DNA from: Takakia lepidozioides
Lineage: Eukaryota > Plantae > Bryophyta
Direction: 5' to 3'
Length of the DNA stretch: 64,000 nucleotides
NCBI GenBank assembly: GCA_030704615.1
Contig: CM060734.1
Coordinates: 35,464,001 to 35,528,000 of the forward strand
The translations under genes and the position numbers were made by a program. Under the pieces are notes generated by a model, which saw only the letters and a program-made list of their open reading frames with translations, searched no databases and was not told the origin of the DNA. This document shows, in pieces, positions 26,421 to 38,530 of this stretch; position 1 is the stretch's first letter, and each line of letters opens with the position of its first letter.

Positions 26421-27805
26421 AAAGCATGGTACGGGCCATCCAAAAGCGGCAACTTGCAGTCCATAAAAAATGGACATATGAAGTAGAAAACGCAGCACGC
26501 GGGAACGACGGAGCAAAAAGTTGAATTAATTGTAGCCATTGGTTATTTTTGTACATCAAGTTACAACCGTCGATTGGAGGTCGCCTTCGTCGGGCATGTG
26601 GGATGGCTGGTCGCGTTGGGCTAGACTGAAGTGCGGGGACGACGAGCTGCCAGATATGACGCGCGACGCGCAACTAGAAGCTAGCTAAGAGGTACGAGTT
26701 GATTGGGATTGGGAATATGAAGAGATTGGAAAGAGAATGGGACTATGAAGAGATTGGGAATGTTTGATCACAAAAGTCTGCTTACCATTTTGTGGCCAAA
26801 TTTAGGGTTTAGCTTGTGATTGTTTCATCAACTCTAAGTTTGTTCTTTTCTGTGTTTTCTGTGTGGGCGCGCTTGGATGGTGGCAGCAGAGGAAGCGGGC
26901 GATGCGAGCAGAGCTTATAAAGTGCAACATTGTGTGTTGCTGCCATAGCAGCGGAGGCACGAAGGTAGAGGAGTAGAGGAGGAGCTTGGGCGGGGGTGCT
27001 TGGGTGTGCCATCGCTGGAAAAGCAGTTGATTGTTGCCTGACTCTACCCTTGGTAAGTTTCGTTCAAGTAGGCTGTTTGTGGCCCCTCTTTTTCTTGTTT
27101 CTTTTATCCTCGTGTCCACAAGCTCTTTGAGCTTCCCGCGGACGTTACAAACCATTTCATAACATTTCATATCTTTCCTTTTTCTCTTCTTCTCTCTTCT
27201 ACTATAGAACCTTCAGATGCATCTTTCTTTTCTTTGGGCTTCCCTCATATTTAGTAAAATTTCTTACTTTTTCTTTCCTTCTCTTCTCCTTTTATCTGTT
27301 CATGGACACATGAAGATTCCCTCCTCTCTCAGGGCCCTGAATGGCCCTTGTTATTAAGTTTAATTTTCTTTCATTCCTCTTCCTGGATTTATAAAGCTCT
27401 TTTTCTCTATATCTTTTTCACTATACACCCCTTAAGAACTGCCACTTTGACTCAATTTTGTTCTGCCCAAACTGGGTGTGGGTACGGCCGCAAGGCTACA
27501 GCAAACAACATCTTATGAGTACATTCTTTGACTCAATTATCACTCGCACTGCCCCCTATGGCTGGAAGATTTTGGGTCATGCTTGCTGTGGAGGAACAAA
27601 TAGGTTTCAACAGGGAATGATTGGACCATAGCCAGGAAAACGTATGAATTGTTTCTTGGTTTGTATTTTTGCAGTTTACATATTACAAACCCTTTGTTAC
27701 AATCCATCCCCAAGGCTAGTATACAAGACAGAGTAGACGAACATACATGTGTTGAGCACTGGCTCTGTCCATATCACAGAAGCAACAAGATGAGAGTGCT
27801 CCTAC

Positions 27806-27997
27806 CATGTTCTCAATCCAGATGGCATCCACAGGCCCATCAAACATTAGCCACTTCTTGGAAGTTGATGTGTCCTTGACAAGCTCTCTCATGTAGCATG
27901 CCAACACCCCATCAGTCCACTCATGTGTGTTTTCATCGAAGTCACCATATAGCTGTCCCATAGAAATTGACTTGGGATTCAAGCATGTTGTTTGGAC
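27806..27997 (-). pseudogene. Captured exon of an axonemal dynein heavy chain (AAA2 region)
   Basis: 64 open codons [33 protein letters not shown]...[17 protein letters not shown], flanked by a CAG acceptor and a GTAGG donor. Confidence 0.9.
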
Positions 27998-29379
27998 CTG
28001 GGCAAAATGCAGTTCATATCATGTCATTTGCAGTTACCAGCTCCTTGTTACAGCATATTCTTGATGCCTCTCCATTACCTTGTTGTTGTTTGGTCAGGTT
28101 ATCGATCAACTAGCAGGGGGGTTGCTATTCCATATGCACAGGTTGCGTGCATGCATGCACAAAATCCCTTATTATATATGTATGTGACAAATTTGTATGC
28201 ATACATTGTAGATTGTATGCAGTGGAGTTATATAACATAGAATACAACGTATTTATTGCATATGCAAATGTTACATCATATGTATATAGAAAAAAAATAA
28301 AAAAATAAAAAAAATCTTAGCTAACAAAATCAGTAGTCAATGGTCAAAGATGCATGTGACCCCTAACTCCAACAAATGCACCACCTTAATCTGAAGAGAA
28401 TACAAGATCCCTGGCCAAAGTAATAGTTTGCAAACTTGTATTCAAGGAAAACAGTTTCATATTAACCAAAATATGGACTTTTGTACTAACAAATGCATAT
28501 GTGTCATATTTGGAACCACCACATTGCATGTCTGTTTGTAATGCCAAGCAGTTCTTTAATTTGAAAACTTGGCTCAATTGTGTACCTGCTAACTCAGAGA
28601 AATGGAACTGTAAGTTCTCCCATCCCCAAATACAAAACCAGGAGAAAAACAAAAAACCACCCCCAAAATGAACCCCCAACCCCCCCCCCCCCCCACCAAG
28701 CTGCCCTCGCGACTGCAGCACGTCGCCAATGGCGACGTGTTCTTTGGGCGGGGGTCGTAAGCAGCGACGGTTGGGCGTCGCAAACCCCATTTGCAGGTGG
28801 CAACGCCGACACCCCCTGCGACGTGTTTTTTAGTCCGGGGGTCACAAGCTGCGACGCGGAGACCGCCACCATGCCTGCGCCACATTTTTTTCTTTATTAA
28901 ATTTAAAACAAAAGCGACGCCGGAGCGTCGCAACAACCCACGCCCGGGCGTGGCGGAGACCAACTCCTGCTGTTTTGTGCCACGCCCAATAGTCGCTTGC
29001 AGCGACGCACGGGCGTTGCTTGGCGTACCACCCGGCTGACTCCCGGGCAGGTTAGAAAAAAAAAAAAAAATGCGACGCAGCGCCGGCGCCCCCACCAACG
29101 CTGTCGGCTGGAGGGCCGCGACGGCGAGACGTCGCTCGAAGAGGCTCCTGCCATCGGCGCGGACGGCCTGAAAAACCGACGTCCGGCAGTCGCGGGAGTT
29201 TGGGCGGGGCTCGCGACCCCCATACGTCACATTTTTGCGACGCCCTTGCGACTGTAGGGCAACGGCCGGACGTCGCAAATTCTGCGTCTCCCGCGTGTTC
29301 GAAAAGGGCGTTTTCCCGACGCTGCGGCATGGCCGCGGCGTGGCGCGGGCGTCGCAAAGGCCCCCCTTTTCCTGTAGTG

Positions 29380-30600
29380 CCGAGTTCTTGTGCAAGCAAA
29401 TTCTTTATCATGTGTCTACTCACGGCTTCATGGGTGATAAGCTTTTCAAGGAGCTCACTAGAGGGGGAGTGCCATGCTATTTGGAGGTGCCACCACGGAG
29501 CCAGTTGAATGCTTTATTGGAGCGTTTTCATTGTTCCTTATATGCAGGTCACCTTGGTATCAAGAAGACCGTGGCCCGCATCCAAGAGGTTTACTATTGG
29601 CTGGGAATTCACCAGGATGTCACGGAGTTCATCTCTAAGTGTGAAGGTTGTCGTGCTAACATTGCTCTCCCTAGGGCCCGGATCTTGTATGAGCTACAAC
29701 CTTTGTCTGTTACACATGCTTTTGCTCGTGTTGGCATTGATTTGGTAGGACCCCTCGCACTCACATCAAAGGGTCGAAGCTATCTTTGTGTAGCTACCGA
29801 CTACTTGACTAAGTGGGTAGAAGTCAGGCCTTTGCGTACCAAGACTAGTGATGTTGTAGCTCAGTTCTTCTTCAATGAGATTCTTATGCGGCATGGGTGT
29901 CCTCGGGAGATACTAACGGATCAGGGCAAGGAGTTTTGTAACCAGCTCCTCACGGTGGTGTGCTTCAACTTTGGTGTCAAGCATTCCACCACAGCCCCAT
30001 ACCATCCCCAGACCAATGGCCTTACAGAACGCTTCAACCAAACTCTTTGCCACATGTTGGAGAATAATTGCGCACTTACCAGGGAGTGGGATACCTTTCT
30101 TCCCCCTATTCTCTTTGCTTATTGCACCGCCGTGCACTAAGAAGACTCTTTTTGAGTTGTTGTATGGTCGCAAGTGTGTTTCTCCTTTGCATTCTACCCC
30201 TCTTATTTCTACTGTAGCGGAGCCAGTTGATCTTGAGACCTGTGTTGAGGATCTTCATGCTCGGCATGCGGTGTCTATCCATGATGCCAAGACGAACATT
30301 GGTAAGGCTTAGCTCACCCAAGCCCGTAATTTTAACAAGCGTGTCAAGTATTCTAACCTTTTTCAGGTGGGACAGACCGTGTGCATTCGGCTGCAGCATG
30401 GTAAGCATGCATGCAAATCTAAGCTTAAGATTGACGGTCCATACTTGATCTATGAGCTTTTACGTGGGCGACATGCTCTCCTTCTTCCCCAGGGGTTCAA
30501 TGTCCATGCGCGTGATGAACCTGTTTCTCTCACGGATCTGGTGCATTCCGAGCTGGTCTTTGATCTTACATGCATCAATGTGGAGGGACGTACGGTGGGA
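29380..30600 (+). pseudogene. pol part 2: integrase (HHCC, DDE core, GPY-type C-terminus, no chromodomain seen)
   Basis: H...GHLG...CEGC; GIDLVGP; TDQGKEF; YHPQTNGLTERFN; DGPYLI. Confidence 0.9.
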
Positions 30601-30908
30601 TGATGTCTTGATCTTCTTCATATTGGCTTCTTCGGCGGATTGGTGTTAGCTTGCGGATTTGGCACTTTGTGGCTTTTCGGCCTTTCTGGCCTTTTATTCT
30701 AGCTCTTGATGCATTTGTAGACCTATGATATGTCACCACGTGTACTCCCTGCACGGTTTTCCTAGCCAAAGGTTTTGTCCTCGGCCCAATTTGCAGGTGC
30801 CAGTTTTTCCTTTGGTAGGTTTTTCACCCAGCAGTGGAGGGTGATTTTATCCCAAACATTTACTTATTATTTCTTATATTGTGCTTCACGGAGCTCAGGA
30901 TTTTTCGT

Positions 30909-31395
30909 GGGGGGTAGGCTTCACAGATGTGATGCCCCAAACTTTCCTCATCACAGATTTACCTTATTCATCCAAAGCGGCGATACTCATTCGTAGCATA
31001 AATTTTTGGCTTAAAATACCGTTGAACCGTTACAAAGATATCATAGCCAGGGTTAGTTATGGCTTGTGGCTGCATCAAGGCCGTTCAATAGATCTAGGGT
31101 TTTGATGTGGCGCCGCGGGCTCAGCCTGACACGCCTCGCCACGCGTCAGGAAAGCATGTAGCTAGGGTTTGTATAAAGTGGCGGCCTGACCTTGTGTCAG
31201 GCAGCTGATGTACTCTGGTGTATATAGATGTGGAAAGCTGTCTGAATGCGATACGTGTGTATGATTTTTTGTCAGTTTGCTCGTTGAGATCCTCCTCTCG
31301 CGTGCATGCACGCTCCTCTTGTTCTCCCCCCTTTGTTTTGAAGAGCACTTGATAGGATAGGCAGATATTCGTCATGCTTCTTTTAAGGCTTCACA
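30909..31395 (+). repeat. 3' end: PPT (G6, 30909-30914), A (30916-30925), GA, B (30928-31385), A (31386-31395)
   Basis: AGGCTTCACA occurs on both sides of the 3' B copy and is absent after the 5' B copy. Confidence 0.9.
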
Positions 31396-31570
31396 GTGTG
31401 AAGGGATTTCTAGAGGATATCTGGAAAACCCGAATTAATTCTATTTATAAAGGTAAGTCTTACTACCAATGTCAGCCCCTGATGGAGGTAGGTTCCGTCC
31501 CTTTGGTTTCCGCTCAAACTGGGCACGGGGTCAATGGCCACAAGGCTACGGCAAACGTCGTCTTATGAGT
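31396..31570 (+). mobile_element. 3' end of the interrupted LINE
   Basis: VKGFLEDIWKTR followed by the family 3' UTR motif. Confidence 0.85.
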
Positions 31571-31784
31571 AGGGTTTCCTCACGTTATGCGAACCGGATA
31601 CCCCAGAAAACCCCAAAAAAACAAAAATCATCATGTTCAGTCCGGGTATCGGCAGTTAAAGCCCTAGAAAAGTTATTTTCGCACTGAGAAAATAAATCTG
31701 AAGGTACTTATATGCACTGTGCCTGTTAACATGTAATTCCTATGACCGCGGTTTGAAAACATTTAACCCCTATGACCGCGGGTT

Positions 31785-34700
31785 TCTTATGTACCTGGGA
31801 TTGAACCCGTAGCAGTTGAAGGATAATTATTAAAGGAACGGGTTCTCACCATGGTGAACATATCAAGAACAATGGGATGATTAACGTGAAAGGGTATGAG
31901 CTGACAAGCAATGACAGGGGGCTGAGACAGTGACCATGCTTCAACGTGGAAGGTAAACTGAGGAAAGGAAAAGAAGCACGGCAGAGCAGAAAGGGAGATA
32001 GAGGAGAAGAGGAGGAGAGGATCTGCTGCACTGCCCTTTGTGGGTAGAATGTGATGATGCACAGTGTGGTGGAGGGGCGGACTGGACATAGTATTCCAGT
32101 ACTGTGCATAGGCAAAATGGCATGAGATGAGTACATAGGTTGACAGCGAGATCTTTTGAACGAGGAGCCAGGCCAGAGTAGGATTGACGATCGCTTTGGT
32201 GATCTATCTGTAAAATTGTAAATGAGGAAAGTGGAATAAGAAAAGGGCCTTGGCTGGATTCAGAGAGAGATGTGAGTCTGGTTGGATCAAATTGTGGACA
32301 ATAGAAAGAAGAGAGAGGGAACATAACATTTTGGATCAGAGTGGTTCGAGTCTGTTGGACCTGAGGCGCATGAGTCAGTTGACTTACGGAAGCGACAGTT
32401 CTCGATTGTGGAGCGAGAGCGTGGAGATGGTCGCAACAAAGCGTCTAAATTTATAAGTGGCCACTGGATCTCGACCTGCAGATCATATTGTGGAAGAGGT
32501 GATGGCAGATCCAGGTAAAGCCGTTGGCGATCCTCCTGCTAGTAGTGAGGCAAATTTCATGACACCTTTGATGGTGCAAGCAGCCATAAAAGAAGGCATA
32601 TAGGCTGCCGTGAAGGAATTGGCAGGAATTAAAATGTCTGGGGGCACAGTTAGTACATCAGCCCGTGCAACCTAGTGCCATTCCAGATGAGGGTTGCCAG
32701 AGACAAGTGAATGTTGGCCAATCCATTGATGCACAGAGAGATCCTGCGATGAGGGTTAGAAATTCTAGGGGCTCTCGAAGGGAAAGATCCCCTTCCAAAT
32801 CTACTTCATCACGGGAAAGTCATGGAGGCCTTACTCGTGTTGAGAAAAGGCGGACAGTGGACAGAGAAATTAGGAAGATGGTGAGGTTACCAGAATTCCA
32901 CGGCCGTTCAGTTACACCCTGTACATAGGTCCTTTCATTCCTGGAAATGCTTGAGGAATTTTTCAGCGAGGATTACACTGACGCTGATAAGATTCGGACA
33001 GCATCCTTACAGATGAGAGGTAAGGCAAAAGAATGGTGGATAAGGATGACGGGAAACCCAGAGATGGTTGTAAATACCTGGGTGAAGTTTCGACGACTGT
33101 TCACTGAACAATATATGCCAGAAGATCATGCTCATAAAATGAAAATGGGGTTTATGGAACTTGATCAAGGGAAGATGAGCGTTGTAGATTATAAGATCAA
33201 GTTCGATGAGCATGCCTCTTATTTCTCATCCTTGAAGGAAGCAGATAGGATTGACTTCTTCTTGAAGGGATTGGACAAGTCCATTAGGTTTTTGGTCCAG
33301 GCACATGAGCCAAAGACTGAAAATGAGGCCTACAGGTTGGCCACTACTTTTAAGAGTCAGAGCAGGGCACACTTTGCTGCAAGTGCGCCTGGGGAAAGAG
33401 AATATAGGCCAAATAGATTCTCTTTTGTTGTGGGCAAGAGGAAGAATTGGAAGAGGCCTAATAAGAAATTCACAAGACCAACAGTCCCCCAGATTCAGAA
33501 GTCTCGACCTCAAACAGTGACCAAGCGTCTGACAGAAGGGGAAAAGGAGACTCACAGACGTTTGGGCCTTTGTTTTATTTGCCATAAGAAGAACCACAGA
33601 GCCTTTGATTGTCCTGACAGGTTAGGCCAGGTCCAATCTGCGGCAGTTGTGGTTCAGGAGGTGGAAGATCATAAGATGGATGTTGACGAACATACAGGGT
33701 TTGATAAGGAGAAGCAACAATTGAGGATATCAGCTGCAGTGATGAATGATAGGATTGATTACAACCCTAATGTCATCAGGCTTGAAGGTTGTGTAGGTGG
33801 GGAGCCTACGACCATCCTTATCGATCCTGGAAGTTCTCACAATTTTCTATCTGAGAGGCTAGCTAACAAAGGCAAGATCTTACAAGCAGTGATGGCAGAA
33901 CCGAGCACCATCTTGCTTCCTGATGGGAGTACTGGATTTACGAACAGCAAAGTGCTGGGAGTCCCAGTTGAGATGCAGGGGATGGAGACAAAGGTCGATT
34001 TTGAAGTTTGGGACGGCTCAAGGTATGACGCCCTCATTGGTATGCAGTGGCTGATGCAAGTGGATGCTCAGGTTGCATGCCGGGAATGTGCTGTCACAGG
34101 AGTCTTACCAAGCGGTCGGTCATTCAGACTGGCAGGTATGCGTGCCTTGCCAAATGTACCCTTGCTTTCTGGGACCCAAATGAAAAGATGTGCTCGGAAA
34201 AGAGATGAGCTGTTCTATGTAAGTATACATGAAAGTTAAGAATATGGTGCTACTGTGGCTATACCATCTGAGGATGGAAATAACGCAATATTGAAAGAAT
34301 TTTCTGATGTCTTTCCAGACGACCTTCCTGCATTACCTCCAAGAAGGGATGTAGATCATGCAATTGATATGGTTCCTGGAGCTGTTCCTGTCTCCAGAAT
34401 CCCTTACAGACATTCTCTTTTAGAGAATGAGGAATTGGAAAGACAGCTTAATGATCTGCTGGACAAAGGTTATATTAAGCCCAGCAAATCTCCATGGGGA
34501 GCACTTGTCTTATTCAAAAGAAAGAAAGATGGAGGGTTAAGGTTATGTGTTGATTACAAATGGCTAAATAAGCTGACTGTAAAGAACAAATTCCCACTTC
34601 CTAGAATCGATGATCTGTATGATTACCTACATGGTGCGCAAGTGTTTTCAAAGATAGATTTAAGGAGTGGATACCATCAGATCCGGATTAAGGACTCTGA

Positions 34701-37663
34701 TGTATACAAGACAGCTTTCAGGACAAGGTTGGGGCATTATGAATTTATGGTGACGTCTTTTGGACTCACAAATGCACCAGCCAGGTTCATGTGTCTCATG
34801 AATTCTTTGTTCAGAAAGTACTTGGGGAAGTTTGTGCTAGTCTTCATGGACGATATTTTGATTTATTCAAAGTCCGAAGAAGAGCACAAAGAACATTTAC
34901 GAAGCGTCTTACAAATCTTAAGAGAAAATAAGCTTTATGCTAATATGAGCAAGTAAGAATTCTTCGTCTCTGAGATGGTATATCTAGGTCACATAATATC
35001 ACGTGATGGCATGAAGGTAGATCCTAGAAAGATAAGAACTGTGGCTGAATGGCCACTACCGAAAGATAGAACGGACGTGAGGGCATTCCTAGGACTTGCA
35101 AGTTATTATAGAAGATTTATAAAGGCATTTTCTAGGATTGCGGCCCCTCTTACTAGCCTGCTGAAAGGTTCAGGGCCAATCAATTGGACCCCAGATTGTG
35201 ATGAGAGCTTTGAAAAGCTCAAGGATGCCTTGACACATGCTCCAGTGCTGAAGTTAATGGATTATACAAAGGGAGGCCTAGTGTTTTGCACAAATGCAAG
35301 TGACTTGGCCATAGGAGTTGTGTTAATGCAAGAGAGTCATGTGATTGCTTATGAATCAAGGAAACTGAGCCAAGCAGAGCAGAATTACCCAGTACATGAG
35401 AAAGAGTTGCTAGCCATTATTCATGCTTTGAAGATTTGGCGGCACTACTTACTGGGGAGAGAGGTTAAGATTGAAACGGATCATGAAAGCTTAAAGTACT
35501 TAGCCACACAGCCCAACCTCAGTCGTAGACAATGTCGTTGGGTAGAATTCCTTCACCAGTTCTTCGTTGATTTGAAATATGTGAAGGGAAAGGAAAACGT
35601 AGTGGCTGATGCTTTGTCCAGAAGGAAATGGGCAAACGCTATATCTGTGATAAGAAGTATTGTCATAGATGAGATCAAAGGCCAGTATGCTAAGGATGCA
35701 TATTTTTCTGGACCTTTTGAAAGCCTTTCTCGTGGAATTAAGACCCCTGAGGAGATTGGTAAGTATCTTGCTTACATATTGAAGGATGGACTATTGTATT
35801 ACAATGGGCGCCTCTGCATCCCACAAGTTGCGGATTTCAGACTGAAAATTATGTATGATTGTCATAATGTCCCCATTGCGGGCCATCCTGGCTTTCAGAA
35901 AACGTATCTCGCAGTCAGAAAACAATTTTTCTGGCCAGGTATGAAAAGGAACATTAGAGACTATGTTGAACGGTGTTTCCCTTGTCAGGTGACCAAAACA
36001 GAACAGATTAAGACTCCTGGCCTTTTACAGCCCCTGGATGTGCCTAGGGGAAATGGGAATCCATTAGCATGGATTTCATAGTCTCATTGCCAAAGACCAG
36101 GAATGGACATGATGCTATCTTTGTGGTGGTTGACCGCTTGTCAAAGCAGGCTCACTTCATACCCACAAAGATGATTGCTACTGCAGTTGATACAGCCAAT
36201 CTCTTTGTGAAAGAGGTATATAGGCTGCATGGGTTGCCAAGGGAAATCGTTTCGGATAGGGATTCAAAATTTACAGGGGGCTTTTGGACTACCTTGTTTA
36301 AAGCTTTGGGTACAAAGCTATGTTTTAGCAGTGCCTACCATCCTGAGATAGATGCTCAGACAGAAAGGACAAACAGAACCTTGGAGGACATGCTCCGAAT
36401 GTATGTGGGGCAAATGCAGCTCTTGGGAGCAGTATCTGTATTTGGTTGAATTTGCCTACAATAAGAACATGCAAGCCCGTTTAAAGCTGTTTATGGGCAG
36501 GATTGCTTGACACCTGCATCGTGGCATGTTTATGATACAAAGGTAGAGAGTGTCAACCAAATGATAGGGCGGATGCAGCAAGAGCTAGACTTGGTAAGAG
36601 AAAGCATGATGAAGGCTCAAGAGAGGGCCAAGACTTATGCAGATCAGAAAAGATCTCTTAGAGAGTTTGAAATTGGAGATCAAGTCTTTTTGAAAGTGAT
36701 CCCTAAGAAAAGTCAATTAAAGTTGGGAAAGTGTTATAAGCTTTCTCCAAGGTACTGTGGACCTTTCAGGATTGTAAAGAAAGTTGGCAAAGTAGCCTAT
36801 CAGCTCGAGTTGCCATCAGGGTGGAGAATACATGATGTATTCCATGTCAGTCTCTTGAGGAAGTATGTTTCTGACCCCAGTCATCTTCTCCCTGAATTGC
36901 CAAAAGTAACAACAGAAGGTGAGATCTTGGCAGAGCCAGAACAGATTCTTGAGGTACAGATTAGAACCCTTCGAAACCGTTCCTGGAATGAGTACTTGGT
37001 GAAATGGAAAAATTATCCCATAGAGGAATCTACATGGGAGAAAGAAGAAGAAATTCGAAAGAACTATCCCTACTTCAGTAGTGAGGACAATACTCTCTTT
37101 TAAGAGGGGAAGTGATCTTATGTACCTGGGATTGAACCCGTAGCAGTTGAAGGATAATTATTAAAGGAACGGGTTCTCACCATGGTTAACATATCAGAAA
37201 CGATGGGATGATTAACGTGAAAGGGTATGAGCTGGCAAACAATGACAGGGGGCTGAGACAGTAACCATGCTTCAACGTGGAAGGTAAAAGGAGGAAAGAA
37301 AAAGAAGCACGGCAGAGCAGAAAGGGAGATAGAGGAGAAGGAGGAAGATGATCGATCTGCACTGCCCTATGTTGATAGAATGTGATGATGCACGGTGTGG
37401 TGGAGGGGCGGACTGGACATAGTATTCCAGTACTGTGCATAGGCAGAATGGCATGAGATGAGTACATAGGTTGACAGCGAGATCTTTTGAACGAGGAGCC
37501 AGGCCAGAGTAGGATTGACGATCGCTTTGGTGATCTATCTGTAAAATTGTAAATGAGGAAAGTGGAATAAGAAAATGGCCTTGGCTGGATTCAGAGAGAG
37601 ATGTGAGTCTGGTTGGATCAAATTGTGGACAATAATTAGAAAGAAGAGAGAGGGAACATAATA
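31785..37663 (+). mobile_element. Full-length but inactivated chromovirus (Ty3/Gypsy); LTRs 31785-32328 and 37116-37663; TSD GGGTT
   Basis: Gag with CFICHKKNHRAFDC, PR IDPGS, RT FMDDI, RH, INT and chromodomain (EYLVKWKNYPIEESTWE). iMet-like PBS TGGATCAGAG at ~32332; PPT at 37102-37115; several stops and frameshifts. Confidence 0.95.
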
Positions 37664-37923
37664 GGGTTGTGCTCACGTGAGCATGCTCACGTTGTGCTCA
37701 CATGATACCAACCCCCGCCATTGGGTGTGTAATTTGCCTTGGCCTCTTGGGGGTTTTTTTTTTTTCCCCCCTCAGATTATATACAATTAATAAACAGGCT
37801 ATGCATTTTACCCAATTAAAAACAAATAAAAAAACATATGGGAGATTTTGTACATACATAGGGTCCTCAACAAATTCTCCTACACCTAGTTTGAACTCAT
37901 CCAATTTGATTGGGAGAAAATAC

Positions 37924-38530
37924 CACTGCTTGGCGGTTATTTGTTTTTCTCTCCAATAACCAATGGTTACCTATTCGGTTAATGGCCAGGGATCCTATGT
38001 TCCAAGAGGTGATATTGAGTCCGTTGGTGTAGGTGTCATGGGAAGCGGGGGAGTGGTCGGGGGAGGGGGCAGGTGTGGGTATCTCATTTTGGGGTGTAAT
38101 GGGTGGTGGGGGTTTGTAACCTGCAGGGGAGTAACGGCGCTAAGTGTTGGAAAGGAAAGGAAATTTATGGGTGATGGTGTGGTGGTCTTGGTCATATATA
38201 TATATATGATCGTTGGAGGTGAAAAAATGAAGTAATGGTAAAAACAAATTAAAAAATTAAAAATTAAAATAAAAAATGGTCCAGTTAGAAGCCGGTAGAG
38301 GCTGGCATCCAAATAACCAGCCAATGAACCTTTAAAAGAACTACCCAATACCCATCTGTTATTTGATAAGTTATTTAAAGTTTTTGCTAGCAACCAGAAC
38401 CGGCCAAATGTTATCTCTAGCCATAAAATATTGTAATAACCGCAACCGGAGGTTAATATTAGTTTTTCAGATATTGAATTGACCGGACCCATTGGTTATG
38501 GAAAAACAATGAAATACCCGCCCAACATTA
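37924..38530. mobile_element. Non-autonomous hAT-type element
   Basis: Degenerate TIRs related to CAGTGTTGGGCGGGTA; 8-bp TSD GAAAATAC/GAAAATAT. Confidence 0.65.

Larger units (their letters stand above)
24930..29379. mobile_element. CACTA/EnSpm derivative inserted in the Gypsy pol (left end degenerate)
   Basis: Right TIR TTTTCCTGTAGTG at 29367-29379; dense GCGAC/GTCGC subterminal repeats at 24980-25300 and 28700-29360; TnpD-like remnant inside. Confidence 0.8.
18508..31395 (+). mobile_element. Gypsy/Ty3-type retrotransposon with split terminal repeats, dUTPase-like domain and 4-bp TSD (GTGT); decayed
   Basis: TG...CA termini; TSD at 18504-18507 and 31396-31399; domain order gag-PR-dUT-RT-RH-INT; 458-bp repeats at both ends. 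Confidence 0.92.

Noticed and set aside
28580-29500. Many overlapping ORFs
   Set aside because: Artefacts of GC-rich CACTA subterminal repeats.
18508-31395. DIRS/Ngaro tyrosine-recombinase element
   Set aside because: It has a protease, a DDE integrase and a TSD, and I saw no YR motif.
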